A stretch of DNA of 64,000 nt from assembly GCA_963700315.1 (NCBI GenBank), contig CAVOXC010000001.1, positions 397,809-461,808 on the forward strand, given 5' to 3'. The DNA is from an uncultured Acidobacteriota bacterium. GTDB taxonomy: Bacteria > Acidobacteriota > Thermoanaerobaculia > Multivoradales > JAGPDF01. The notes beneath the pieces were generated by a model that was not told where the DNA came from, searched no databases, and saw only the letters and a program-made list of their open reading frames with translations. Both the position numbers and the translations under genes were made by a program. Positions 56,995 to 64,000 of this stretch are shown here, in pieces. Position 1 is the stretch's first letter; each line of letters begins with the position of its first letter.

Positions 56995-57807
56995 TCAGCC
57001 GGAGGCGCCCGGGCGCTCGACGCCGGGCAGGGCGACCCGCTCGACCTCGACGAACTCTGCGCGAGCGCGATCCCAGAGGCGCCGTCCGAGGATCGCCCCT
57101 GCGCCTTCGATCTCGATCCAGAACAAGGAGTTGCCGCCCCGTTCGGAGGCCCGGCCACGGCTGGAGGAAGTGGTTCCGCAGTGGGCGAGAGCGAGGAGCC
57201 CATCGGCCGCCGGGTCGCGCGCGGCGAGAAAAGAGTGGTGCAGGTGCCCAGAGAGGACCAGGCGAACCCGGTGCCGCCGCAGGACGTCGAGCAGCCGGTC
57301 GCCCCCGCGCGCCGGCGGCTCGTCACCGATCCCGGGTACGCGAGCGAGCGGATGGTGGGCGACGACGATTCGCGCCGCGGTCGCGGGCACCCGCGCGAGC
57401 CGGGTTTCGAGGGCGGCGGCCTCGGCAGCGGTCACGCGACCGTGCTTGGTCGTCCAGGAATGGGCGGTGTTGATCGCGAGCACGGCGATCTCGTCGTCGA
57501 CGTAGTCGCGCACGAGCTCGTTCGAGAAGTGGCGGCGCCACGCGGCGAACGGCGCCAGCGCGCGCTCCCACACGCGCCAGAGCGGCACGTCGTGGTTACC
57601 GGGAGCGAACACGACCGGGACCTCTAGGCGTTCGAGAAACTCGCGCGCCTGGCGAAACTGAGCCGGTTTGGCCCGCTGGGTGAAATCGCCTGAGGCGACC
57701 ACGACATCGGGCCGCTCGGCCACCACCAGCTCGGCCACCGCCGCGGAGAGCTCGGGGAGGTGCTTGGGGCCGAAGTGGAGGTCGGAGACGTGAAGAAGGG
57801 CGCGCAC
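56995..57807 (-). CDS. metallophosphoesterase
   Basis: Motifs are HVSDLHFG, ASGDFTQ, GNHD and SGHLHH. The GTG start at 57807 was chosen. The ORF-track extension to 57999 is Arg-rich low complexity. Confidence 0.75.
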   Translation of the reverse strand: MRALLHVSDLHFGPKHLPELSAAVAELVVAERPDVVVASGDFTQRAKPAQFRQAREFLERLEVPVVFAPGNHDVPLWRVWERALAPFAAWRRHFSNELVRDYVDDEIAVLAINTAHSWTTKHGRVTAAEAAALETRLARVPATAARIVVAHHPLARVPGIGDEPPARGGDRLLDVLRRHRVRLVLSGHLHHSFLAARDPAADGLLALAHCGTTSSSRGRASERGGNSLFWIEIEGAGAILGRRLWDRARAEFVEVERVALPGVERPGASG

Positions 57808-57827
57808 GCGGCGTCCGCGCCGCCCGA

Positions 57828-58163
57828 CTAGAGCAACTCTTCTTCGGCGAAGGCGCCGACCTTGGCGGCGACGTGCTCGCCTGCCGCGGCGCCCAAGGCA
57901 TCGACCAACGCCGGCCCTTTCGATCTGCCGAGCAGGTAGCCGCCGACCGCGGCGACGACGAGGGCGGGGATCGGGTACCGGCGGACGACCCGCCGCCAAT
58001 CGAACTCGGGGGGCAGCAGGTCGTCGATCAGCTCATCAGCGAGCGAGAGCTCCTCGACCTCTTCGGCCAGCCCGAGCAGTTCGTCCGGAAGATCTTCGAT
58101 CGGATCCACGGCTCGTCCCGGTGCGGATCCTTCAGTCCTCGTAGCGCCGGCCACGGCCGCCAC
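57828..58163 (-). CDS. small membrane protein, unknown function
   Basis: An acidic N-terminus is followed by one hydrophobic segment, YPIPALVVAAVGGYLLG. The start is ambiguous (ATG 58163 overlaps the upstream gene; GTG 58109 is the alternative). Confidence 0.4.
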   Translation of the reverse strand: MAAVAGATRTEGSAPGRAVDPIEDLPDELLGLAEEVEELSLADELIDDLLPPEFDWRRVVRRYPIPALVVAAVGGYLLGRSKGPALVDALGAAAGEHVAAKVGAFAEEELL

Positions 58164-58524
58164 GCAGCAGGAGACCGAGCACGAAGCCGACCCCCGCGGC
58201 GATCAACACCGACTTTCCCGGGTTCTCGCGCACGTATTCGTTGACGTCGCCCGAGAACTTCTCCGCGTCGGTGCGCACGCGCTGGTAGCCCGAGCGCACG
58301 CCCTCGACCGCGACGTCGTACTTCTCGCGCGCCGCGGTGCCGACCCGCTTGGCGTGGCGGCGCAGCTCGCGCCGGGTCCGGCGGGCACCCTGCTCGAGGT
58401 CCTCGGCCGCCTCCTCGAAGCGCTCGCGCGCCTGTTCGATGCCGTCGTCGATCACGTCGCGAGCGCCATCGATCGCGTCGTCGACGACCTCCTTGGCGCG
58501 CTCCGACAGTTTCTTTTCGCTCAT
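58132..58524 (-). CDS. DUF883/ElaB-YqjD-like membrane-anchored protein
   Basis: ATG 58524 follows AAGGGAGG. A helical charged body ends in the tail NPGKSVLIAAGVGFVLGLLL, as in the ElaB family. Confidence 0.65.
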   Translation of the reverse strand: MSEKKLSERAKEVVDDAIDGARDVIDDGIEQARERFEEAAEDLEQGARRTRRELRRHAKRVGTAAREKYDVAVEGVRSGYQRVRTDAEKFSGDVNEYVRENPGKSVLIAAGVGFVLGLLLRGGRGRRYED

Positions 58525-58657
58525 GGCTGCCTCCCTTGGGTTGCTCTCGTTCATCTCTTCGCCATCTTACCTCCGGGCCAGCGGAGGCGCGAGAGAACGG
58601 CTTCTCGCGACCGGACCTCGTCGAGGCCCGGTGCTATGCTGCCGGGAGGGGTAACTC

Positions 58658-60052
58658 TTGGCAAACGTGACCTTTCTCGGAGCCTGTGGCACCGTCACCG
58701 GCAGCTCGACGCTGGTCGAATGGTCGGGCGCCCGGATCCTTGTCGACTGCGGCATGTTTCAGGGCGGCGACGAGATCGAGGCGCGCAACTGGCTCCCCTT
58801 CGGATTCCGGCCCGCCGAGCTCGACGCCGTCGTTCTCACCCACGCCCACCTCGACCATACCGGCCGCCTGCCGCGGCTCGTCGCCGAGGGATTCCAAGGA
58901 CCGGTCTACTGCAGCCGCGCGACTCGCCCGCTGGCCCGGCTCGTCCTGGAGGACGCCGGTGGGCTGCAGGAAGAAGAGGCGCGCTACGCCCGCAAGAGGG
59001 GGTACAGCCGGCACGCCGAGCCGAAGCCGCTCTTCACCGAACGCGACGCCAAGGCGGCGCTCAAGCTCCTGGAGCCGCTGCCGTTCCACAGCAACCACGA
59101 GATCGCGCCAGGGCTCTCGGTACGCCTCTGCCGGGCGGGCCACTTGCTCGGCGCCGCCAGCGTCGAGCTGACCGGCAAGGGCGCGGATGGCGAGCGGCGC
59201 ACCTGGTGTTTCTCGGGCGACGTCGGCCGCTATGACGTCCCGATCCTGCGCGATCCAGAGCCGCCCGAGCAGTCCCCCGCGGCGCTCGTGCTCGAATCGA
59301 CGTACGGCGATCGGGCCCACGCCGACATCGATCCCACGGAGGCGCTCCGCACGATCATCCACTCGACTTTCGACCGCGGCGGCTTCGTGCTGATCCCAGC
59401 GTTCGCGCTCGGGCGAACCCAGGACCTGCTCTACCATCTCTCCGAGCTCGTCGACAGCGGCGACCTCGCCGAGGACCGGGTCTTCCTCGACAGCCCCATG
59501 GCGAGCCGGGCAACCGAGATCTACCGCCAGGCCGCGCCCGAGTTCGACGAGGAGCTGCGCGACCGCGTCGCGCACGGGGACAATCCACTGGCGGCAGATC
59601 GCTTCCAGCGCTGTCGCAGCGTCGACGACTCGAAGGAGCTGAACGCCCGAGCGGAGCCCGCGGTGATCGTCGCATCGAGCGGCATGGCAACCGGCGGGCG
59701 GATCGTCCACCATCTCGCGCGACGGCTGCCCGATCCGGAGACCTCGGTCGTCTTCGTCGGCTACCAGGCGGCGGGAACCCGCGGGCGGGCGCTGGTCGAG
59801 GGCGTGGACTCGGTGTCGATCCACGGCCGCCGGATTCCGGTCGGCGCCGAGGTCCATCAGATGCACGGTCTGTCCGCGCACGGCGACCGCCACGATCTCG
59901 TCCGGTGGTGCCGGTCTCTGCCCGGTCCGCCGGCACGCATCTTCCTGAATCATGGCGAAGATGCGGCTCGCAAGGCGCTCGCGGCCGAGCTCGCCGAGCT
60001 GGGTCTGCCCAAACCCGCGCTGCCGCTCGCCGGCGACCACCACCCCTGGTGA
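58658..60052 (+). CDS. beta-CASP family MBL-fold ribonuclease/hydrolase
   Basis: The start is TTG 58658. Motifs are THAHLDHTGRLP, ESTYGDR, FALGRTQ and GLSAHGD. Confidence 0.8.
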   Translation: MANVTFLGACGTVTGSSTLVEWSGARILVDCGMFQGGDEIEARNWLPFGFRPAELDAVVLTHAHLDHTGRLPRLVAEGFQGPVYCSRATRPLARLVLEDAGGLQEEEARYARKRGYSRHAEPKPLFTERDAKAALKLLEPLPFHSNHEIAPGLSVRLCRAGHLLGAASVELTGKGADGERRTWCFSGDVGRYDVPILRDPEPPEQSPAALVLESTYGDRAHADIDPTEALRTIIHSTFDRGGFVLIPAFALGRTQDLLYHLSELVDSGDLAEDRVFLDSPMASRATEIYRQAAPEFDEELRDRVAHGDNPLAADRFQRCRSVDDSKELNARAEPAVIVASSGMATGGRIVHHLARRLPDPETSVVFVGYQAAGTRGRALVEGVDSVSIHGRRIPVGAEVHQMHGLSAHGDRHDLVRWCRSLPGPPARIFLNHGEDAARKALAAELAELGLPKPALPLAGDHHPW

Positions 60053-61461
60053 GCAGCCAACGCCTGGCGCGCGCCGCGAGCGCCGCCCGCCGGATCGCGC
60101 GGCGCACCGGGGACGACGAGTTGCTGCTGCGCTCGTCGGCTCTCGCTTTCTCGACCATTCTGTCGCTCGTTCCGCTGCTTGCGGTCATGTCGTCGTTCGC
60201 CGCGCGCGCGCTGCGCGAGGACGACGGACAGCTCATCGACCTCGTGGCCGGATTGCTTCCTTACCGCGAGGAAGCCGTGGTGGAGGCGCTGCGCATTTTC
60301 ACCGACCAGGCCGGCTCGGTCAGCGGCATCTCCGTGATCGGCTTTCTGGTGGTCACGGTCCTCACCTTCCTCGGGGCTCAGGAGTCGCTCTTCCGGATCT
60401 TCCGGGTCCACCACCCGCCCTCTCTCACGCGGCGTCTCGTCACCTTCTCGATGCTCTTCCTTTGGGGGCCGCTGGTGATCGGTCTCGCGCAGACCGGACT
60501 CGTGCTCTTCGCCCAGTGGAGCCCGCAGTTCTCTTCGACGCTGAGGGAGTCGGCGCTGCTGCGAGCTCTGCCGGCAGCGCTCACGCTCCCCGCTCTCGCC
60601 CTCTTCTACTGGCGTGCAGCGCTCGGCCGGATCCGGCTCCGGCACGCCGCGCTCGGGGCTCTGGCGGCGACGATCGCGCTCGAGGTGCTGAAAGGTGCCT
60701 TCGCGCTCTACGTCCGCGAGTGGACCGAGATCCAACGCGCCGTGTACGGCACGTTCGCGATCGCGCTCTTCTTCATCCTCTCGATCCAGCTCGCCTGGCT
60801 GATCCTGCTGCTCGGCGCGGAGGTCGCCGCGGTCTCGGCGACTCCCGAAGAGGAAGACGCAGCGAAACCCGCGCGCGCACCGAGCGTCGACGACGCCTGG
60901 CGGGCGCTCGTCTTGCTCGCGGCGCTGGCGGACCGGGAAGAGCCGGAGGAACGCAAGACCCGGTCCGCCCTGGCTGAGCGCGCGGGCACGGAAGAGACCG
61001 AGGTCGACCGTCTGCTCGCGCCCCTGGTCGAGCGTGGTCTCCTGATCGCGCCGCGAAGCTCCGATGCGACCTACCGGCTCGCCGTCCCGCCCTCCGAGCT
61101 GCGGCTGACCCGGGTTCTCGAGGCCCATCCGTTCAGCGAGGCGACGGCCGAGGCGGAAGCGGACCTGGTGCCGCTCGCCACCCGCATCGTCGGCGCCGCG
61201 CGCGCCGAGCTCGCCGGCCTGACGCTCGCCGACCTCGCCGGCGAGGCGCAATCGCGACCGGAGCCCGCACCCCTCTCCGACGACACCCTCTCCACCCTGG
61301 TCCGGGCACGCGCCGCTGCGACCGAAGACGCCCCGCCGCCCGATCCGTTCGAGGCCCCTGCGGAAGACGAAGCGACGGCAGCCGAGGCGAGCGAGCCGGC
61401 CGAGTCGGCCGGGCCGCTGCGCGCAGCCCAGCCGGTGGGGAGACCGGAAGACTCGACTTGA
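60049..61461 (+). CDS. YihY/BrkB family membrane protein with ~190-aa C-terminal extension
   Basis: The GTG start overlaps the upstream stop (GTGA). The YihY core is SSALAFSTILSLVPLLAV...YGTFAIALFFILSIQLAWLILLLGAEV. The extension contains the winged-helix-like ERAGTEETEVDRLLAPLVERGLL. Confidence 0.75.
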   Translation: MSSQRLARAASAARRIARRTGDDELLLRSSALAFSTILSLVPLLAVMSSFAARALREDDGQLIDLVAGLLPYREEAVVEALRIFTDQAGSVSGISVIGFLVVTVLTFLGAQESLFRIFRVHHPPSLTRRLVTFSMLFLWGPLVIGLAQTGLVLFAQWSPQFSSTLRESALLRALPAALTLPALALFYWRAALGRIRLRHAALGALAATIALEVLKGAFALYVREWTEIQRAVYGTFAIALFFILSIQLAWLILLLGAEVAAVSATPEEEDAAKPARAPSVDDAWRALVLLAALADREEPEERKTRSALAERAGTEETEVDRLLAPLVERGLLIAPRSSDATYRLAVPPSELRLTRVLEAHPFSEATAEAEADLVPLATRIVGAARAELAGLTLADLAGEAQSRPEPAPLSDDTLSTLVRARAAATEDAPPPDPFEAPAEDEATAAEASEPAESAGPLRAAQPVGRPEDST

Positions 61462-61529
61462 TCGCGCTTCCGAGCCGAGGATAAACTCCGCGCTCCCCCC
61501 GGCCGCCCGGAGGGTGCAACCCGAATCAA

Positions 61530-61605
61530 GGGGCAGTAGCTCAGCTGGGAGAGCACCACGTTCGCAACGTGGGGGTCGAGGGTTCGAATCCCTTCTGCTC
61601 CACCA
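61530..61605 (+). tRNA. tRNA-Ala (anticodon CGC), CCA encoded
   Basis: It folds by hand into a cloverleaf. The acceptor stem is GGGGCAG/CTGCTCC with the G3:U70 Ala identity pair. The D arm is GCTC/GAGC. The anticodon stem CCACG/CGTGG carries the loop TTCGCAA. The T arm is GAGGG-TTCGAAT-CCCTT, followed by ACCA. Confidence 0.92.
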
Positions 61606-61865
61606 ACACCGTCACGAATCCACGGTCGACCTGACGCGGTCGGCGACGCGGGTACTCTCCCCACTTCTGCTCGGGGATGGGCCGGGCGCTAGTGCCAGTG
61701 AGAACGGTCACCAGCGCAGGCAGGCTCGAGCCGAGCGCCGTGACGAGGACGACGGCGCGGCACCACCCCCCGGCGGCCCACTACGTTCAACGAGACCGCC
61801 CCGTCGCAGTCTCGCCCGTCGCCTTGGCCGAGCCGCACGGGCGTGGACTCCTTTCGGCCGCCCTC

Positions 61866-61893
61866 TTGACACATTCTCTGGATCGTGTAGTAT
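61866..61893 (+). promoter_or_regulatory. sigma70-type promoter candidate for the TetR gene
   Basis: TTGACA (61866-61871), a 16-nt spacer, then TAGTAT (61888-61893), about 30 nt upstream of ATG 61922 in a local low-GC patch. Confidence 0.55.
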
Positions 61894-61921
61894 GTGATCA
61901 TTCACTCACTGGACGTCGCCA

Positions 61922-62530
61922 ATGCCGACCATGACTCCCCGCCGAAAGCACCCACTTCAACCCTCTCCGCGCAAAGAGGAGATCGTCGACCAGACGTTCG
62001 AGCTCGTCCGGGAGCGCGGCTTCGCGGGGTTGAGGATGCGGTTGATCGCGGAGAGAGTCGGCGTCACCGAGGGCGCCCTCTACCGGCACTTCCCGAGCAA
62101 GGAGGCAATCCTCCTCGCCCTGGTGGATCGTATCGAGGGAAAGCTGCTGGGACCCATCCGGAAGATCGCTTCGAGACTCGACCTTCCGCCGAGAGACAAG
62201 CTCGAGCAGATCCTGCGCCACCATCTGCGCACACTGATCGAGACGCGAAGCCTCCCCCTACTCCTGGTCAGTGAGGCCTCGTTCTCGGAGCACGACGAGC
62301 TGCGGGAGCGCATGAAAAAGCTGATGTCTTCGTACCTGGGTACCCTCGAGACTCTCGCGGGGGAGCTCGAGGACCGCGGGATGCTCACGCCGAAAGAGGT
62401 CGCGCTGCTCCTCCTGGGATTGCCGGCGGCCGTGGCTCTGAGCCATCGACTGCTTCCCGACGAGAGGCTCGCTGCCCGGCTTGTTGGGACCGTGGCGCAC
62501 GAGTACATTCGACTTCTCCTTCCAGGCTAG
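61922..62530 (+). CDS. TetR/AcrR family transcriptional regulator
   Basis: The HTH is LRMRLIAERVGVTEGALYRHFPSKEAIL. Intact 202-aa ORF. Confidence 0.88.
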   Translation: MPTMTPRRKHPLQPSPRKEEIVDQTFELVRERGFAGLRMRLIAERVGVTEGALYRHFPSKEAILLALVDRIEGKLLGPIRKIASRLDLPPRDKLEQILRHHLRTLIETRSLPLLLVSEASFSEHDELRERMKKLMSSYLGTLETLAGELEDRGMLTPKEVALLLLGLPAAVALSHRLLPDERLAARLVGTVAHEYIRLLLPG

Positions 62531-62575
62531 ACGCGGACCCTGTGCGAAGCGAGGTGAACTGATGGGCCAACGAAG

Positions 62576-62593
62576 AGTAATCACTTACTCACT
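62576..62593 (+). promoter_or_regulatory. operator-like palindrome upstream of HlyD-ABC genes
   Basis: The palindrome is AGTAA-tcac-TTACT. The 14-mer ATCACTTACTCACT matches ATCATTCACTCACT at 61897-61910 (12/14), next to the tetR promoter. Confidence 0.45.
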
Positions 62594-62632
62594 ACGAAAC
62601 GCCGAAGCGACCCCGGCCAAGGAGACCCCAGA

Positions 62633-63637
62633 ATGAAACGAAAACGGTTCGCGATCCTTGTACTCATCGCCGCCGGGGTGGCGCTCGCGAGCTACTTCGC
62701 CAGCCGCCCCGCGCCGGATCGAAACGCCCTGCGGGTCTCGGGGAACTTCGAGATCTCGGACGTCGAGGTGTCTTTCAAGCTGCCGGGGCGCGTCGTCGAG
62801 CGCGCGGTCTCCGAAGGCGAGTCGGTTGCGGCTGGCCAGCTGGTGGCACGGCTCGACGCCACCGAGCTCGGCCACGAGGTCGAGCTGCGCCGGGCCGAGC
62901 TGGGCGCCGCCCGATCGCAGTTGGCCGAACTGGAGGCCGGGTCCCGACCCGAGGAGATTCGCCAAGCTCGAGCCGCCCTCGCCCGCGTGCGAGCCGAATC
63001 CACTCGGGCCAGCACGGAGTATGTCCGGCAGGAGGATCTGCTCCAGAAAGAGGTGATCTCGGCCCGCGAGTTCGAGGTGGCGGAGGCCGCTCACCGCATG
63101 GCTCTGGCCCAGGTCGACGAGTCCGAGAACCGGCTGGCCCTGCTCGTTCTCGGCGCGCGCCAGGAGCAGCTCGACCAGTCCCGGCAGCGCGTCAAGCAGG
63201 CGGCCGAGGCGCTGGCGCTCTCCGAGACCCGCCTCTCCTACGCAACTCTGACCGCGCCCATTTCGGGCCTCGTTCTCGCCGACCACGTCGAGTCGGGCGA
63301 GCAGGTCGCGGCGGGCACACCGGTCGTGACCCTCGGCGATCTCGAAAGCGTCTGGCTCCGTGGCTATGTCGACGAAGCCGACCTGGGCCGCGTGAAGGTG
63401 GGCCAGAGCGTGCGGGTGACGACCGACACCTACCCCGGCAAGGTCTACGAGGGCACGGTCTCCTTCCTCGCCTCCGAAGCCGAGTTCACGCCCAAGATCG
63501 TTCAGACCGCAAAGGAGCGGGTGAAGCTCGTCTACCGCGTCAAGATCGACGTCCCCAACCCCGCCGGCGAGCTCAAGCCGGGCATGCCTGCCGACGCCGA
63601 GATCGAGCTGGCCACGACTGCGGGCGCCGTGTCGTGA
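62633..63637 (+). CDS. HlyD-family periplasmic adaptor (efflux/ABC secretion)
   Basis: The RBS AAGGAG precedes ATG 62633. It has an N-terminal TM segment, a coiled-coil region, and LTAPISGLVL...VWLRGYVDEADLGRVKVGQ. Confidence 0.85.
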   Translation: MKRKRFAILVLIAAGVALASYFASRPAPDRNALRVSGNFEISDVEVSFKLPGRVVERAVSEGESVAAGQLVARLDATELGHEVELRRAELGAARSQLAELEAGSRPEEIRQARAALARVRAESTRASTEYVRQEDLLQKEVISAREFEVAEAAHRMALAQVDESENRLALLVLGARQEQLDQSRQRVKQAAEALALSETRLSYATLTAPISGLVLADHVESGEQVAAGTPVVTLGDLESVWLRGYVDEADLGRVKVGQSVRVTTDTYPGKVYEGTVSFLASEAEFTPKIVQTAKERVKLVYRVKIDVPNPAGELKPGMPADAEIELATTAGAVS

Positions 63638-64000
63638 ACGCGGTCGAGCTCGACGGCCTGACCAAGCGGTTCGGCCAGACGGTCGCGGTGGCCGACCTCA
63701 CCCTGGAGATCGCCGAAGGCGAGATCTTCGTCCTGGTCGGACCCGACGGGGCCGGCAAGACCACCACCCTGCGGATGCTCACCGGGATCATGACGCCGAC
63801 CAGCGGGCGCGCCAGCGTGCTCGGCCTGGACACGGTGCGCGAGGCCGAAGCGATCAAGGAGCAGATCGGCTACATGAGCCAGCGCTTCGGCCTCTACCCC
63901 GATCTCCGCGTGGAGGAGAACCTGCACTTCTACGCCGACATCTATGGCGTGGCACGGCAGGGGCGCGAAGAGAAGATCGACCAGTTGCTGGCTTTCTCCA
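63634..64000 (+). CDS. ABC transporter ATP-binding protein (3' end outside window)
   Basis: The GTG start overlaps the HlyD stop (GTGA). Walker A is GPDGAGKTT and the Q-loop region is IGYMSQRF. Confidence 0.85.
   Translation, partial: MNAVELDGLTKRFGQTVAVADLTLEIAEGEIFVLVGPDGAGKTTTLRMLTGIMTPTSGRASVLGLDTVREAEAIKEQIGYMSQRFGLYPDLRVEENLHFYADIYGVARQGREEKIDQLLAFS

Noticed and set aside
61514-61897. 127-aa ORF spanning the tRNA-Ala gene
   Set aside because: It overlaps a canonical tRNA. Its translation is low-complexity, and it has no RBS.

Overview
This is a high-GC bacterial chromosomal segment. The gene content hints at Acidobacteriota (GWxTD/VWA paralogs, DUF1800-DUF1501 pairs), but that is inference only. 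I can support about 54 protein-coding loci and one tRNA-Ala(CGC). I recognised no rRNA, CRISPR array, transposase, integrase or phage genes. The dominant theme is phosphate. It runs from a PhoB-like regulator (28.7 kb), a SixA-like phosphatase, a CHAD protein and ppk1, through an ECF sigma/anti-sigma/secreted-repeat-protein unit, to a PhoR-like kinase, acs, an OprO/P-type porin, phoU and pstSCAB (36-48 kb). 11-bp-phased CTGTCAC-type Pho boxes are readable upstream of pstS, the porin, phoR and, more weakly, phoB. phoB and phoR lie about 7 kb apart, yet each is preceded by a colinear paralogous non-coding leader. That leader has a 103-nt core with a fixed 42-nt spacer, tandem TTTTCCGCAG repeats, inverted copies of the repeat and hairpins. 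It is my best candidate for something undescribed. Other accessory-looking units are: two tandem DUF1800-DUF1501 modules; two very large secreted proteins sharing propeller-like repeats (one GH140-like/DUF4038, one ending in two copies of a 114-aa four-Cys domain); a DUF2007 / Ser-Thr kinase / M16 peptidase-pair operon; and a TetR-HlyD-ABC unit with a shared operator-like motif. At least about 20 single-nucleotide frame disruptions cluster in a subset of genes (the DUF modules, nit/nadE, ada, one GWxTD/VWA paralog, pstC/pstA/pstB), while roughly 18 kb runs are clean. From sequence alone I cannot tell assembly error from gene decay. Many long ORFs in the supplied track are antisense or read-through artefacts of high GC.
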